Assembly: GCA_034226945.1 (NCBI GenBank)
Contig: CP120455.1
Span: 372,001-436,000, forward strand
Length of the DNA stretch: 64,000 nucleotides
Direction of reading: 5' to 3'
Source of the DNA: Picochlorum sp. SENEW3
Taxonomy: Eukaryota
The notes under the pieces are model-generated. The model saw only the letters and a list, made by a program, of their open reading frames with translations, was not told the DNA's origin and did no database searches. Of this stretch, positions 12,832 to 22,304 are shown piece by piece (positions within the stretch are counted from its first letter, which is position 1; each line of letters opens with the position of its first letter). Both the position numbers and the translations under genes were made by a program.

Positions 12832-12881
12832 ATTTGTAAATATATATAAATTCTGTAGCGATCACGAGTAGCGTCATCGAT

Positions 12882-13562
12882 ATGGCCAAGGGGGAAAAAC
12901 AAAAGGGTTCTTCTTCTGTGTCTCAACGACGACGTCGAGGACAGCCACACGATGGCTCATCCAACAAGGATGAGCATTTATATGATGAATCTGAACAATA
13001 TGAACAGATTCAGACCCTGGAGAAGGACATTGGTGGAATGGCAACCAGATCTCGCCGCACAGTGCTTGCTATTGGTATCCCCCTGACCTGTATCTATCTC
13101 GCATCTGCAGGAATTCAGATCATTCGGCCATGGTCTCTCCTCCATCATCGGATCTTTAAAGAATCAATGGATGCCATGTATGGGGAGTCGTCACCAAAGA
13201 GCATCATGAGTTTGGTCATGGGTGATATTGGGTCTGCCTTGACCATTGCCGCCAGCACCATATCAGTCAATCAATTCATCCATCCATACGAGTCAGCATT
13301 CCTACCACGTCTCTCATGGAAGAATGCAGTCAATCTGAGCATGGCATTGATGCTTCTTCAGCTCATCTATTGGTCTCTTGCCACGTATGCTCTCATCCAG
13401 CGTCCCTGGGTGTCTGTGAGGGATCTATGGAGGGTCGTCTGGAAGCCCATCATTCCACTCTTCTGGTTCATCACCGCCACCTATATGATTGATTCAATAT
13501 CAAAATTACAGATCGATATCGCAACGCTGAAGAGACTCAAGTATAGGTATAAAAAACTGTAG
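12882..13562 (+). CDS. Hypothetical membrane protein (~4 TM)
   Basis: 226-aa ORF with hydrophobic segments and a basic C-terminus LKRLKYRYKKL. Confidence 0.75.
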   Translation: MAKGEKQKGSSSVSQRRRRGQPHDGSSNKDEHLYDESEQYEQIQTLEKDIGGMATRSRRTVLAIGIPLTCIYLASAGIQIIRPWSLLHHRIFKESMDAMYGESSPKSIMSLVMGDIGSALTIAASTISVNQFIHPYESAFLPRLSWKNAVNLSMALMLLQLIYWSLATYALIQRPWVSVRDLWRVVWKPIIPLFWFITATYMIDSISKLQIDIATLKRLKYRYKKL

Positions 13563-13563
13563 A

Positions 13564-14142
13564 ATGACGACAACGGCAGTCATACGAGGAGTCACGAGAG
13601 GCCTTGCCTCACATTCTCATACTGTAGGAGTAATCAAGCCTTGTTATAACACATTGAGGGGAGTGGCGAGGCGAGCGAGTGTGTTGCATCGTCCTTCGTC
13701 TCTGGTAGGAGGACACCATATCACCCACGCCACGAAGCAGCACGATACAGTATACAAGCTCATGTCGCGCATTGATAGCAAAGATGTCTCTTCTCTGCTG
13801 TTGTGTGGTGTTTTAGCTGCCGGTCTGTTCTTCTCCGCAGCAGATTGGTCCATGGCAGCAACCTCATCTGCAGGGCAGTATGATTTGGCAGAGAATGAAG
13901 ATTTCTGGGCAAATGTACTCCGTTACGTGAGTTATTTCTTCTCTGTGTTGCTTGGAACGGCATATGTAGCATTCAAGCCTATATTGGAGTTGCTGAAGCG
14001 ACCCACCACGGCAGTGCTTGTTATCCTGGCAACCCTTGGGTTGTACTTTTTTGTGTCCACCACTGTCACCGCCATGCTTGGTGTGGAAGAGTTTGAGTAC
14101 GAGCCATCCAGCATTGTGACGCCCTATGTGGTCTCGAAATAA
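13564..14142 (+). CDS. ycf33: Ycf33 / DUF751 family plastid membrane protein
   Basis: Transit-like N-terminus, then FWANVLRYVSYFFSVLLG...KPILELLKRP...TVTAMLG. Confidence 0.85.
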   Translation: MTTTAVIRGVTRGLASHSHTVGVIKPCYNTLRGVARRASVLHRPSSLVGGHHITHATKQHDTVYKLMSRIDSKDVSSLLLCGVLAAGLFFSAADWSMAATSSAGQYDLAENEDFWANVLRYVSYFFSVLLGTAYVAFKPILELLKRPTTAVLVILATLGLYFFVSTTVTAMLGVEEFEYEPSSIVTPYVVSK

Positions 14143-14336
14143 ATATATCTATTCGCATGAATTTTATATCGAATGAAACATGTTCTTGTGTATCAATTTA
14201 CATGCTGTGTAATACACAGAGAAGGCAACACATTGTCTAGGGGGGAACAGTGCAATCCCATGTGTACCAAAAGAACATTTAAAAAAAAGCCAATCTACTA
14301 CTTTTGTATGGAAATCATTCCTTATCTGACGATGTA

Positions 14337-14591
14337 TCAATGATGAGCTCCCTTGGGGTTGGCAAATTTGCTCTTTTTCACATCCTCATCTGTGATTCCT
14401 GAAGACACCTTGAGAATCAAGTACCCTGTCAATGCAAATCCAGCAACGAATGGCCACCTGTAATATTAAACAGTTGATGAATTCTATAGTGGATGAATTA
14501 GGTTATGCCAGTTTACGTACATTTGCTTGGCACTCCGCAGGGCCGTGGTCATTCCAGGTTCGGTCGAAATCTCTGGCAACGGGTACTTCAT
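14337..14591 (-). CDS. Mitochondrial ATP synthase 6 kDa subunit (subunit i/j family)
   Basis: Exons 14591-14521 and 14457-14337 give MKYPLPEISTEPGMTTALRSAKQMWPFVAGFALTGYLILKVSSGITDEDVKKSKFANPKGAHH, matching the plant 6 kDa WPFxxGFAxTG...GxTxED pattern. Not in the ORF track. Confidence 0.85.
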
Positions 14592-14847
14592 CTCACTTTG
14601 GTTGTTTTGTTTTTTCTACTTGTGATTGTATTGGCGAGAGTTGACGTAGGCCAGGCGTCTTTGGCACCCGGGCATGATTGATGAAATGCGTTTTTTAATG
14701 CTCTTTTTACAGAGTAGCCACTACTGTGAGCTAGTGATCCAGTGGGATGATTGCCCTTGAAAGGTGTACAGACCTCTTTTTGCCTTTCATTTTTCTTTAT
14801 TAGTAATAATACTACTTGTATTTCGCAGCCATAGAGAATAGTCATCG

Positions 14848-15595
14848 ATGACGACAATACGGCGTTTCTCTTGCAGAGATTTGTTCAAATTTGCTCAAGT
14901 GAATCTGGATTATTTCACAGAAACTGTGCGTCTATTCTTTCTTACTTAACTACACACATTTATAGCAACATGTGTGATATATTTCCTATGCATATGTAGT
15001 ACAATGTGTCGTTTTATCTTCAATATCTGGCAAGGTGGCCAGAATATTGCCTCATGGCTGAGAGTGTTGGATACCAACGGACAGCGTACAGTACGTCCTT
15101 GTATATTCTGATCATTGGAATGATGACATGAGTTTCCTGATGTTTTCTATCGATATAATGATGATGCAGTCTTGGGCAAGGTGGAAGGGGAAGGAAAGAG
15201 TTGGCATGGTCATGTGACTGCTGTGACTGTGAGTCCAACCTATAGAAAACAAGGGATTGCTCGTCAGTTGATGGATACATTAGAAGATGTGACGGCGAAT
15301 AGGCATAATGGGTATTTTGTGGATTTATTTGTGCGGGCGTCGAACAAGGCGGCTATTTCCATGTATGAAAAGGTATTGTTGTTGATTGTGTTCTTGTGGT
15401 TGTAGATGCATCCAGGTTGATGATGTGTATCCATGTGTGCAGTTGGGGTATAGTACCTATCGGACTGTGCTAGGATATTATAGTAATGATGAAAATGCGC
15501 TTGATATGAGAAAGGCGATGCCGAGGGACGTGCGGAAGGAATCCATTGTTCCCCTGAGCAGGCCTGTTCGGCCAGAAGAGTTGGAATTTGATTGA
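14848..15595 (+). CDS. NAA20: N-terminal acetyltransferase B catalytic subunit
   Basis: Four exons (14848-14925, 15000-~15090, 15170-15372, 15443-15595): MTTIRRF...VNLDYFTETY...WHGHVTAVTVSP...FVDLFVRASN...DMRKAMPRD. Confidence 0.95.
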
Positions 15596-15630
15596 TGCAG
15601 TTGTGTGTATGAGAGAACAAATATATATTA

Positions 15631-16470
15631 TTATGAAATAGTGGCATTGAATAATCGTGTGGCCTTGACTGGGCCAGTAGTCGTCATCATGGGGTTGGAT
15701 TCATTCTGGAAGGTGGCGACACCTGATGCGTCAGTCTTGAGCAATGGTTGGCACTTTTCCCAGAACTTTTTCTTCTGAAGCTGGTTTGGCAGCGCCGCAT
15801 CTCCTTGTTCTTGATCATCGCCAAAGAAAACTCGCTCTCCATTGGGAACATCGGCTGGGGCGGAGAGAGGTTCCACCTCGGTGTGATCACTGTTGGAAGC
15901 GCACAGCAACATGCCATGGCTCTTGATTCCCCTCATGTTCCTGGCCTTGAGGTTTGCAAGGACCAAGACTTTCCTTCCAGTCAGATCCTCGAGAGATACG
16001 TATTTCTTCAACCCTGATACAATCGTTCTAGGACCTTCCTCCTCACCAAGGTCGATGCTTTCTACGTACAAGCTGTCTGCTTCTGGGTGATCCTCAGCGG
16101 AAAGAATGGTCCCCACTCGAATATCAAGCTTGGATACGTCTGGAATCTCCTCCTCGGTCTTTTGCGTTCCTTCTTCACTTTGACCTACATGTGTTTGAAA
16201 CATATATACATGGTTGATGGCAATGTCATGTGTGGATGTCGAAACAAACAAACAACCCCAGTGTGTGTGTATATATATGTATAGGTGTGGTAGCATCGTA
16301 CCTGGGGTTGCCTCTGCAGCGTAGACAGCGAATTGCGTCTTCTTTCCAAATGATCTGCACAATGTGGCACGTTGCTGCTGAAAAGGCATGACCTGTTGGA
16401 AGGACCGGGCAGCGCGAATAGTCACCACTCGGCGAGCCGTGGTGGCCATGGAAGATGCCAACATTGCCAT
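15631..16470 (-). CDS. tRNA-binding OB-fold protein (Arc1p/EMAPII/MetRS C-terminal-like) with transit peptide
   Basis: LDIRVGTI...HPEADSLYVESIDLGE...TIVSGL...NLKARNMRGIKSHGMLLCAS; intron 16301-16185. Confidence 0.9.
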   Translation of the reverse strand: MAMLASSMATTARRVVTIRAARSFQQVMPFQQQRATLCRSFGKKTQFAVYAAEATPGTMLPHLYIYIHTHWGCLFVSTSTHDIAINHVYMFQTHVGQSEEGTQKTEEEIPDVSKLDIRVGTILSAEDHPEADSLYVESIDLGEEEGPRTIVSGLKKYVSLEDLTGRKVLVLANLKARNMRGIKSHGMLLCASNSDHTEVEPLSAPADVPNGERVFFGDDQEQGDAALPNQLQKKKFWEKCQPLLKTDASGVATFQNESNPMMTTTGPVKATRLFNATIS

Positions 16471-16736
16471 CGCTCGTATTCGTTTGCTATGTGGATGAGA
16501 TTTGTTAATTTTTTATCAGTGACTGATGATCGGCATCAGGCCTTTGAGGAAAAACGATCGACTCATGGTGAGATGTCTTACAGATCTAGATCTCTTAATT
16601 AAGAGATCATTTTGTTGAATGCCTCAGGCATACCAGGGCCTGGTATTTGAATGTCGTGCTTTGTATGCAGAAATTCAATGTGGATACACAGAGAATTTCG
16701 AGCCATGATTGAGCAGAATTTATAGCAACAGGAGAA

Positions 16737-17491
16737 TGCATCGCAGAAGACTTCAGCAGGCAGCTGTGATTGCTTGGAAACAGTGCTGGTCGGTGGGACC
16801 AGAACACGCGGTACCTTGTTTGTCTCAGGGAAGCACAGCGACGAATTTGGCTGCAGATGAGTATTATTATGCGTTTAATAATACTATATGGAGACGATGG
16901 GCACATCAAAAGAAGCAGGCGAATGATATTCGAACAGGACAAGTGATTTCACTTCAGGGTGGAAAACAGTTGGTACGGGTGACAAAGTACGCGTATACCC
17001 AAGGCCAAGGAAGACAGTTGGGTTCAGTTCTCATAGAGGCGAAGGACGTATCCACCCATGTCAATGTGCCATTGCGATTCAAGACAAAGGATATGGTGGA
17101 TGTTGTTCGAATGGAGGAAAAGAAGTATCAATATTTGTATAGAGAGGAGGATACCTTGCATTTTATGCATCCAGAGAGTTTTGAACAAGTTACTGTAGAC
17201 GTCAATATGCTGGATACCGTTGATTTATTGAAAGAAGGCGATGATGCCCTCTTGGAGTTTTATGAGAATACACTCATTTCAGTGTCATTGCCCCAAACAG
17301 TGTCGCTGATGGTGTCAGAGGCAGCGCCTCAAATGAAAAATGCGACAGCTGCGCCTCAGTATAAGAAGGTACGGTTGGAGACTGGTGCAGAGATTACTGC
17401 GCCGGCATACATCAAGGTGGGAGATGTCTGTATTGTGGATACAAGCACAAGGGAATTTGTCAAGAGAGCATCTTCGTCGTCGTCGTCTTGA
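16737..17491 (+). CDS. efp: Elongation factor P, organellar (probably mitochondrial)
   Basis: ANDIRTG, YQYLY, FMHPESFEQ, LETGAEITAPAYIKVGD..VDT; long N-terminal presequence; start uncertain. Confidence 0.9.
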
Positions 17492-17580
17492 GGCGTGTGC
17501 TGCTATCATTATTTGTTATTTTTGTATTATTATTATTACACACAGTATGTATGTGTCAATGTCTTTGGAAGCCATTCATA

Positions 17581-18300
17581 CTAGACAGTGTGTGGCTGGA
17601 GTGCTGCATGCGCTCTGTGCAAATCAAGTATCATACCATCCAGGAACGATTTCTTGACCGACACGGACGGATACGCGACGACCGAGACAACCATACTTTC
17701 TCCATCTTCAGATTCGACGGGATCACTGTCAAACTCAGCCATGGTCACCAGCATTCTCCTCTCTGGATCCACAATCTGGCCCAATTCTCGTACAGCCACA
17801 ACAGTCTCCCATCCATCCACTTTTGCAACGAGACGAAACTCTGTTCTTGCAGCCTCACTTGGAAGGGAAATAAAATCTTCCTTTGGCGTAAACAGATAAT
17901 ACTCGTCAGATGTAAGATATTCTGGCAAATGACCAGGGAATGCAGATTCCAGCAGTTTACGAAACAATGATTTCAGCATTGTCACACTTGACACTGCCGT
18001 GAGATCCAAACGCACAACTTTAATCAAGCCATCGCATGTCGTACGATGCACATGAAGACTCAGAGTATACTCTGATCCAGGAACACGCTGTTGCTCCCTC
18101 ACCACACTGGACTGCTCGTGGGATTCAATATGCGGAGATAGCAAATACCTCGTGCTAGCACGCCTCTTTCTCGTATTCACGCCACCTTTATGTTGTCTGT
18201 GACTCACTGAATCTTGATCATTCTCCTGTCCATTCTGACTTTCAACCAACACATCAGCATCAATCAGCTTCTGAGCATCCACATCCAGTGTCTCTGTCAT
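17581..18300 (-). CDS. Hypothetical protein
   Basis: 239-aa ATG ORF with protein-like composition; no recognised motif. Confidence 0.6.
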   Translation of the reverse strand: MTETLDVDAQKLIDADVLVESQNGQENDQDSVSHRQHKGGVNTRKRRASTRYLLSPHIESHEQSSVVREQQRVPGSEYTLSLHVHRTTCDGLIKVVRLDLTAVSSVTMLKSLFRKLLESAFPGHLPEYLTSDEYYLFTPKEDFISLPSEAARTEFRLVAKVDGWETVVAVRELGQIVDPERRMLVTMAEFDSDPVESEDGESMVVSVVAYPSVSVKKSFLDGMILDLHRAHAALQPHTV

Positions 18301-18879
18301 CCTGTCCAGTATGCTCTTTCAAGGCTATTCTCCTTTTTTAACCTTTGTATCTCTTCTTCTTCTTCTTTCCAAAACACGCAAGCTCCTTAGCGATAGAGTA
18401 TTCTAGTACGACTGCCCTCCCACACGAAATTAGTGCTGTTGAAGAGCCATTGTCACGTTCACACACCCTTCTCTCTCTCTTCTTCTTCTTCGTCGTCGTT
18501 GTCGTCTGCTGCAAACTCTTTAATCTGTGACCATGTAACGATGCGTCTCGTATGCAATAATGGTATCTCAATATGCAACTCGTTTCTCCTACACCAAGTA
18601 CACACAAACTCGAGTGTCAGCAGACGACTAGAAACTCCAGAACGACCGAAACACGACGAACACTATAACGCCTCTTTTGCTCGTTTAAAATACCCAAATA
18701 TATTTTATATGAAAATTATGAGACCCATAGGACCACAGAGGCATCAACAAACGGTGTTGACTTCTGAAACGTACTCACCCGACAGTCAGCAACTCGCGCC
18801 CTTGTTTCCTCCCAAATCACCAAAACAATAACCTGGTGTATCAAAATTATATCAACAATATATCAGAATAATAGTGTAC

Positions 18880-19200
18880 ACTCCTCCATGGTTCTCCGGT
18901 TGGATATGGTCCGTTTGGGCATTTTTCACTCGCTCCGTGGTCTGGTGCATACGAGGCTAGCCTGCGGCAGGCTGAAGGGGGCTTATCATCATGAGGGAGG
19001 CATGCCCTGGAATGGCACCCAAGCGGACTTCTCGATATCGCCCCCTCTCTGATCGGAAAGATGGATTCCGTAGTTTTGGAGTCATCTGTGGATGTGATTC
19101 GGTTCCACGTGAGACTAGAATAGAAGCCATGTTTGAGGATGGAGCCTTCTGCAACCAACATGCGTTCGTTGCACCCACATGTCTCTCATCCGGGACACTT
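18880..19200 (+). ncRNA. Candidate structured ncRNA (long fold-back plus ACA-tailed hairpin)
   Basis: Nested helices 18880-84/19078-82, 18895-901/19051-57, 18908-19/19018-29, apical 18959-64/18968-73; separate hairpin 19137-19191 followed by ACA. Confidence 0.4.
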
Positions 19201-19380
19201 GCACGTATAGCAAAACTCTTTCAAGGCTTTGGAGAACATTATTACCAGTAAGCTGCCATGTCATGTTTCATTGTGTAGATTACAAGGTGGAGAACAGAGA
19301 CTTGTAAAATATGATAAAAAGAAGTATTTTACAGAAACCTGAGATCTGAACTGTATTTGTAGCTGGATGATTTCCGGATA

Positions 19381-20310
19381 TTAACTGTTATAATCGTAAT
19401 CATAATCTCTCATGTAATCTTCTTCATACCACAAATATCCAGAAGTGTACGCTATGTTTTCACACCACTTTGTTTGACCAGTGTTCTCCTCATCATATGG
19501 GTCAGGTGCCTTGGCTTTGCTCAGTAGACATCTTCGTTTTACCTGTCCATACGAAAATGCCTTGCATTTTGATTTCTCCATAGCACACACGTGGAAACAT
19601 TCCTTTGCCGAGTAGACACCTTTTACTGTCTTGTACATTTTGGCTGCTTGTTTGTAGTTTCGTTTCACATATCCCCACATTCCATTGAACAAGTTTTCAT
19701 CCCCTCGAGAATCTTCCTCACCATAAGCCGTTTTGAAACCAACCCATTTGCCTTTTGGTGGCATTTTCCCCATGGTGCAATGGCTCCCGATTTTTGCCGC
19801 GACATTATAACAGTAGTCGGATGGCAGATTTGGAAGCCAACATGTAGCCGTGTACTTGTATGCTATTGTCGCAGCAGTATACCGGTGTTTGTCTTTCTTC
19901 TTACTCTTACAAATCTTCACCTGAGGAACAGTGTCATCCTTGTATGACAAGGCACTATACAAAGTACACACCTTCTTCTTTGAATCGTACTGGAAAGAAC
20001 CACATTCCTCTGTAATGTCAAGGTCTTCGAGTGTTTCCCAATTTCCTTCACTCCTTTCAGCACATGCGGCGTAGCAGTCATAGAAAGATTTGATATTCTT
20101 CAGTTTCAGGTTGGCCTTGTTCCGAACCTGATACCCTGTGAACCCAACAATTTCAACAAGGTATACATCTTGTCCCGCCTCGATTGATACGTCGTGTGAT
20201 TTTGGACCCTTGCATTTTTTCTTCTTGGCGTCGACTCCATCATGTCGGAGGACTATGAGGATGACGACTGTTGTGAGAAGCACTGAACGACGGTACAATG
20301 AGGTAAACAT
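19381..20310 (-). CDS. Secreted protein with two PAN/Apple domains
   Basis: Signal peptide; CYAAC...CGSFQY...CTLYS and CFHVC...CKAFSY...CLLSK; intronless. Confidence 0.8.
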   Translation of the reverse strand: MFTSLYRRSVLLTTVVILIVLRHDGVDAKKKKCKGPKSHDVSIEAGQDVYLVEIVGFTGYQVRNKANLKLKNIKSFYDCYAACAERSEGNWETLEDLDITEECGSFQYDSKKKVCTLYSALSYKDDTVPQVKICKSKKKDKHRYTAATIAYKYTATCWLPNLPSDYCYNVAAKIGSHCTMGKMPPKGKWVGFKTAYGEEDSRGDENLFNGMWGYVKRNYKQAAKMYKTVKGVYSAKECFHVCAMEKSKCKAFSYGQVKRRCLLSKAKAPDPYDEENTGQTKWCENIAYTSGYLWYEEDYMRDYDYDYNS

Positions 20311-20642
20311 GCTTTCGACCAGTGGATGTGTGCGTGGCCTATCAAGCGTCGGGTTGGATTAAAAAACAATCTTTTTATGTGTTTTTTCTGAATTATGCAG
20401 TACAAGAGGCTGGCATCGACCTTCTGGTCGAAGAAGAAAAGGAACATGCATGGCGCCATATGGCGCTCTGGAAAGTGCAGATCTCCAGATCTGTTCAAAA
20501 ATACTAATTATGGCATTCAGAGGGTGCTGTTGAATTCAATCCAATCACGCCCATTATCTTCAAACAGTCGAACCGCGCATTATTATCCGATAAATTTACC
20601 TAATGAATCATATAACGACGTACCCATCATCCAAATCGATAC

Positions 20643-22118
20643 ATGAGGCAAGATATCTCTGTTAGAGTTGCAAGCGACCTTCCGTCCGGGAGGGCGATAT
20701 ACCGGACTTTAGAAAGCTTTTTAGACAACGAAGTGTTCTTGTATGATGATGAACATTTAGCAGATGTATATTATGGCCATTTTCATGAGAGCATTGATGT
20801 AACGAGCGTGGTCTTGTACACGTTTGAACCTGCTCCTGAAAACCAAATTGTGACCTGTCTCCAACGTACCATTGAACGGGCGAGATTTTTGATAGACGCT
20901 GCCGTAAATTCGACTGAATACATATCTGGCTGCTACGGTGGTGCTAAGGGATTTATTGATACAGCTGAACGAGTCCATACCTTGGCAGAGGATTTGGTCC
21001 CCTCCCCTGAGGAAAGTTCAAATCGGCGCTGGCTTGTTCAGCTCCTGAACGACATAGTGAGTGACTTTGATCCCGAAACAGATCTGTGTTGTGAAGTATT
21101 CGGGTCGTACGCGAGTCAACTGAATACAGAAATGAGTGATCTTGACCTTTCCCTTGAAGGCTTAGTTGATTGTGGGCCAGGGGGATGGGTTGACATATCT
21201 GAAGTTTCTGGATCAACAAAAAAGAATATACTCCGTCATCTCGGGTCTGTATTGAGGCAAAACAATGAATTTCAGGTGAAAGTCACAATACATGGGAGGA
21301 TCTCTATTTTGAAAATATTCCATCGCCCCACCTGTATTCATTGTGACATTTGTCTGTCGGAAGATTGCACCGCGTGGCCAAAAGCGCAGCTTTTTTTGTG
21401 TTTAAATATGATTGACGAGAAATTTCGGTTGCTCGTGAACCTGGTGATGCGATGGGCGACGGAGTTTGGAATTAAGAATGGAGCTGAGGCAAAACTGAAC
21501 TCGTTCACTTTGACACTGCTTGTGATTTTCCATCTCCAGACGCGACCAGATCCGGTATTGCCTGCATTAAAAAGTATCATGCCTGGAGAAAAACGTGGGT
21601 TGCAGAGCTGGAGTCGTTTCGAAGTTGCAAGGGGTGGGCGTAGCAAGGCTATAAAAACAATGGCATGGAAAACACGTGTTTGGGCAGAAAAGCATGGTGG
21701 TCAAAATGACGAATCTTTGCTCGAGCTATTTCTATCATTCATGGCTCTCATGGACGGATTGTTTCGGACGTGGAACGTTCGCATTCATGAATCTGCAGGC
21801 CGGTTGTTACGAGTAAGTGCATATCATTCATGCATCTACCTGGGAGAAGACCCCTTGAACAACAACGGTCACCGCAGCAACCAACGTGCTCCGGGTGTCA
21901 TTTTCGTAGAAGATCCATTTGATAAAGAGATTAATAGTGCCAGATCGGTATCTAAAGCATGTGTGAACAGTGTCATAGATGCTGCAAACAGCACCTTGCA
22001 ATCCTTCCAGCAGTGTCCGCCTCCTGAATTTATGTGGGATGCATTTGGCTGTGAATCGAATAGTGGTGAGAACTGGGAGTATAGTAGTAGTAGTAGCAGT
22101 GACTACGTCTACTTGTAA
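20643..22118 (+). CDS. Terminal uridylyltransferase / non-canonical poly(A) polymerase (HESO1/Cid1-like)
   Basis: VFGSYAS...SDLDLS, CDI, LNSFTLTLLVIFHLQ, and PAP-associated IFVEDPFD..NSARSV. Confidence 0.88.
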   Translation: MRQDISVRVASDLPSGRAIYRTLESFLDNEVFLYDDEHLADVYYGHFHESIDVTSVVLYTFEPAPENQIVTCLQRTIERARFLIDAAVNSTEYISGCYGGAKGFIDTAERVHTLAEDLVPSPEESSNRRWLVQLLNDIVSDFDPETDLCCEVFGSYASQLNTEMSDLDLSLEGLVDCGPGGWVDISEVSGSTKKNILRHLGSVLRQNNEFQVKVTIHGRISILKIFHRPTCIHCDICLSEDCTAWPKAQLFLCLNMIDEKFRLLVNLVMRWATEFGIKNGAEAKLNSFTLTLLVIFHLQTRPDPVLPALKSIMPGEKRGLQSWSRFEVARGGRSKAIKTMAWKTRVWAEKHGGQNDESLLELFLSFMALMDGLFRTWNVRIHESAGRLLRVSAYHSCIYLGEDPLNNNGHRSNQRAPGVIFVEDPFDKEINSARSVSKACVNSVIDAANSTLQSFQQCPPPEFMWDAFGCESNSGENWEYSSSSSSDYVYL

Positions 22119-22304
22119 TAACATGGCACGAATGAATCCAGGCTACTCATAACAATGTATCAAAACAATGTCAGTCATGATGTGTGTGGGTACCCATAGA
22201 TGTATCATGGGCCCATCAATCGACCCATTTGTTCTTCTTCTTCTCCGTCCTCTGCCTCTCGACAAGACCTTGTCAAACAAAAAAGGCCAAAGAGTATCAC
22301 AACA

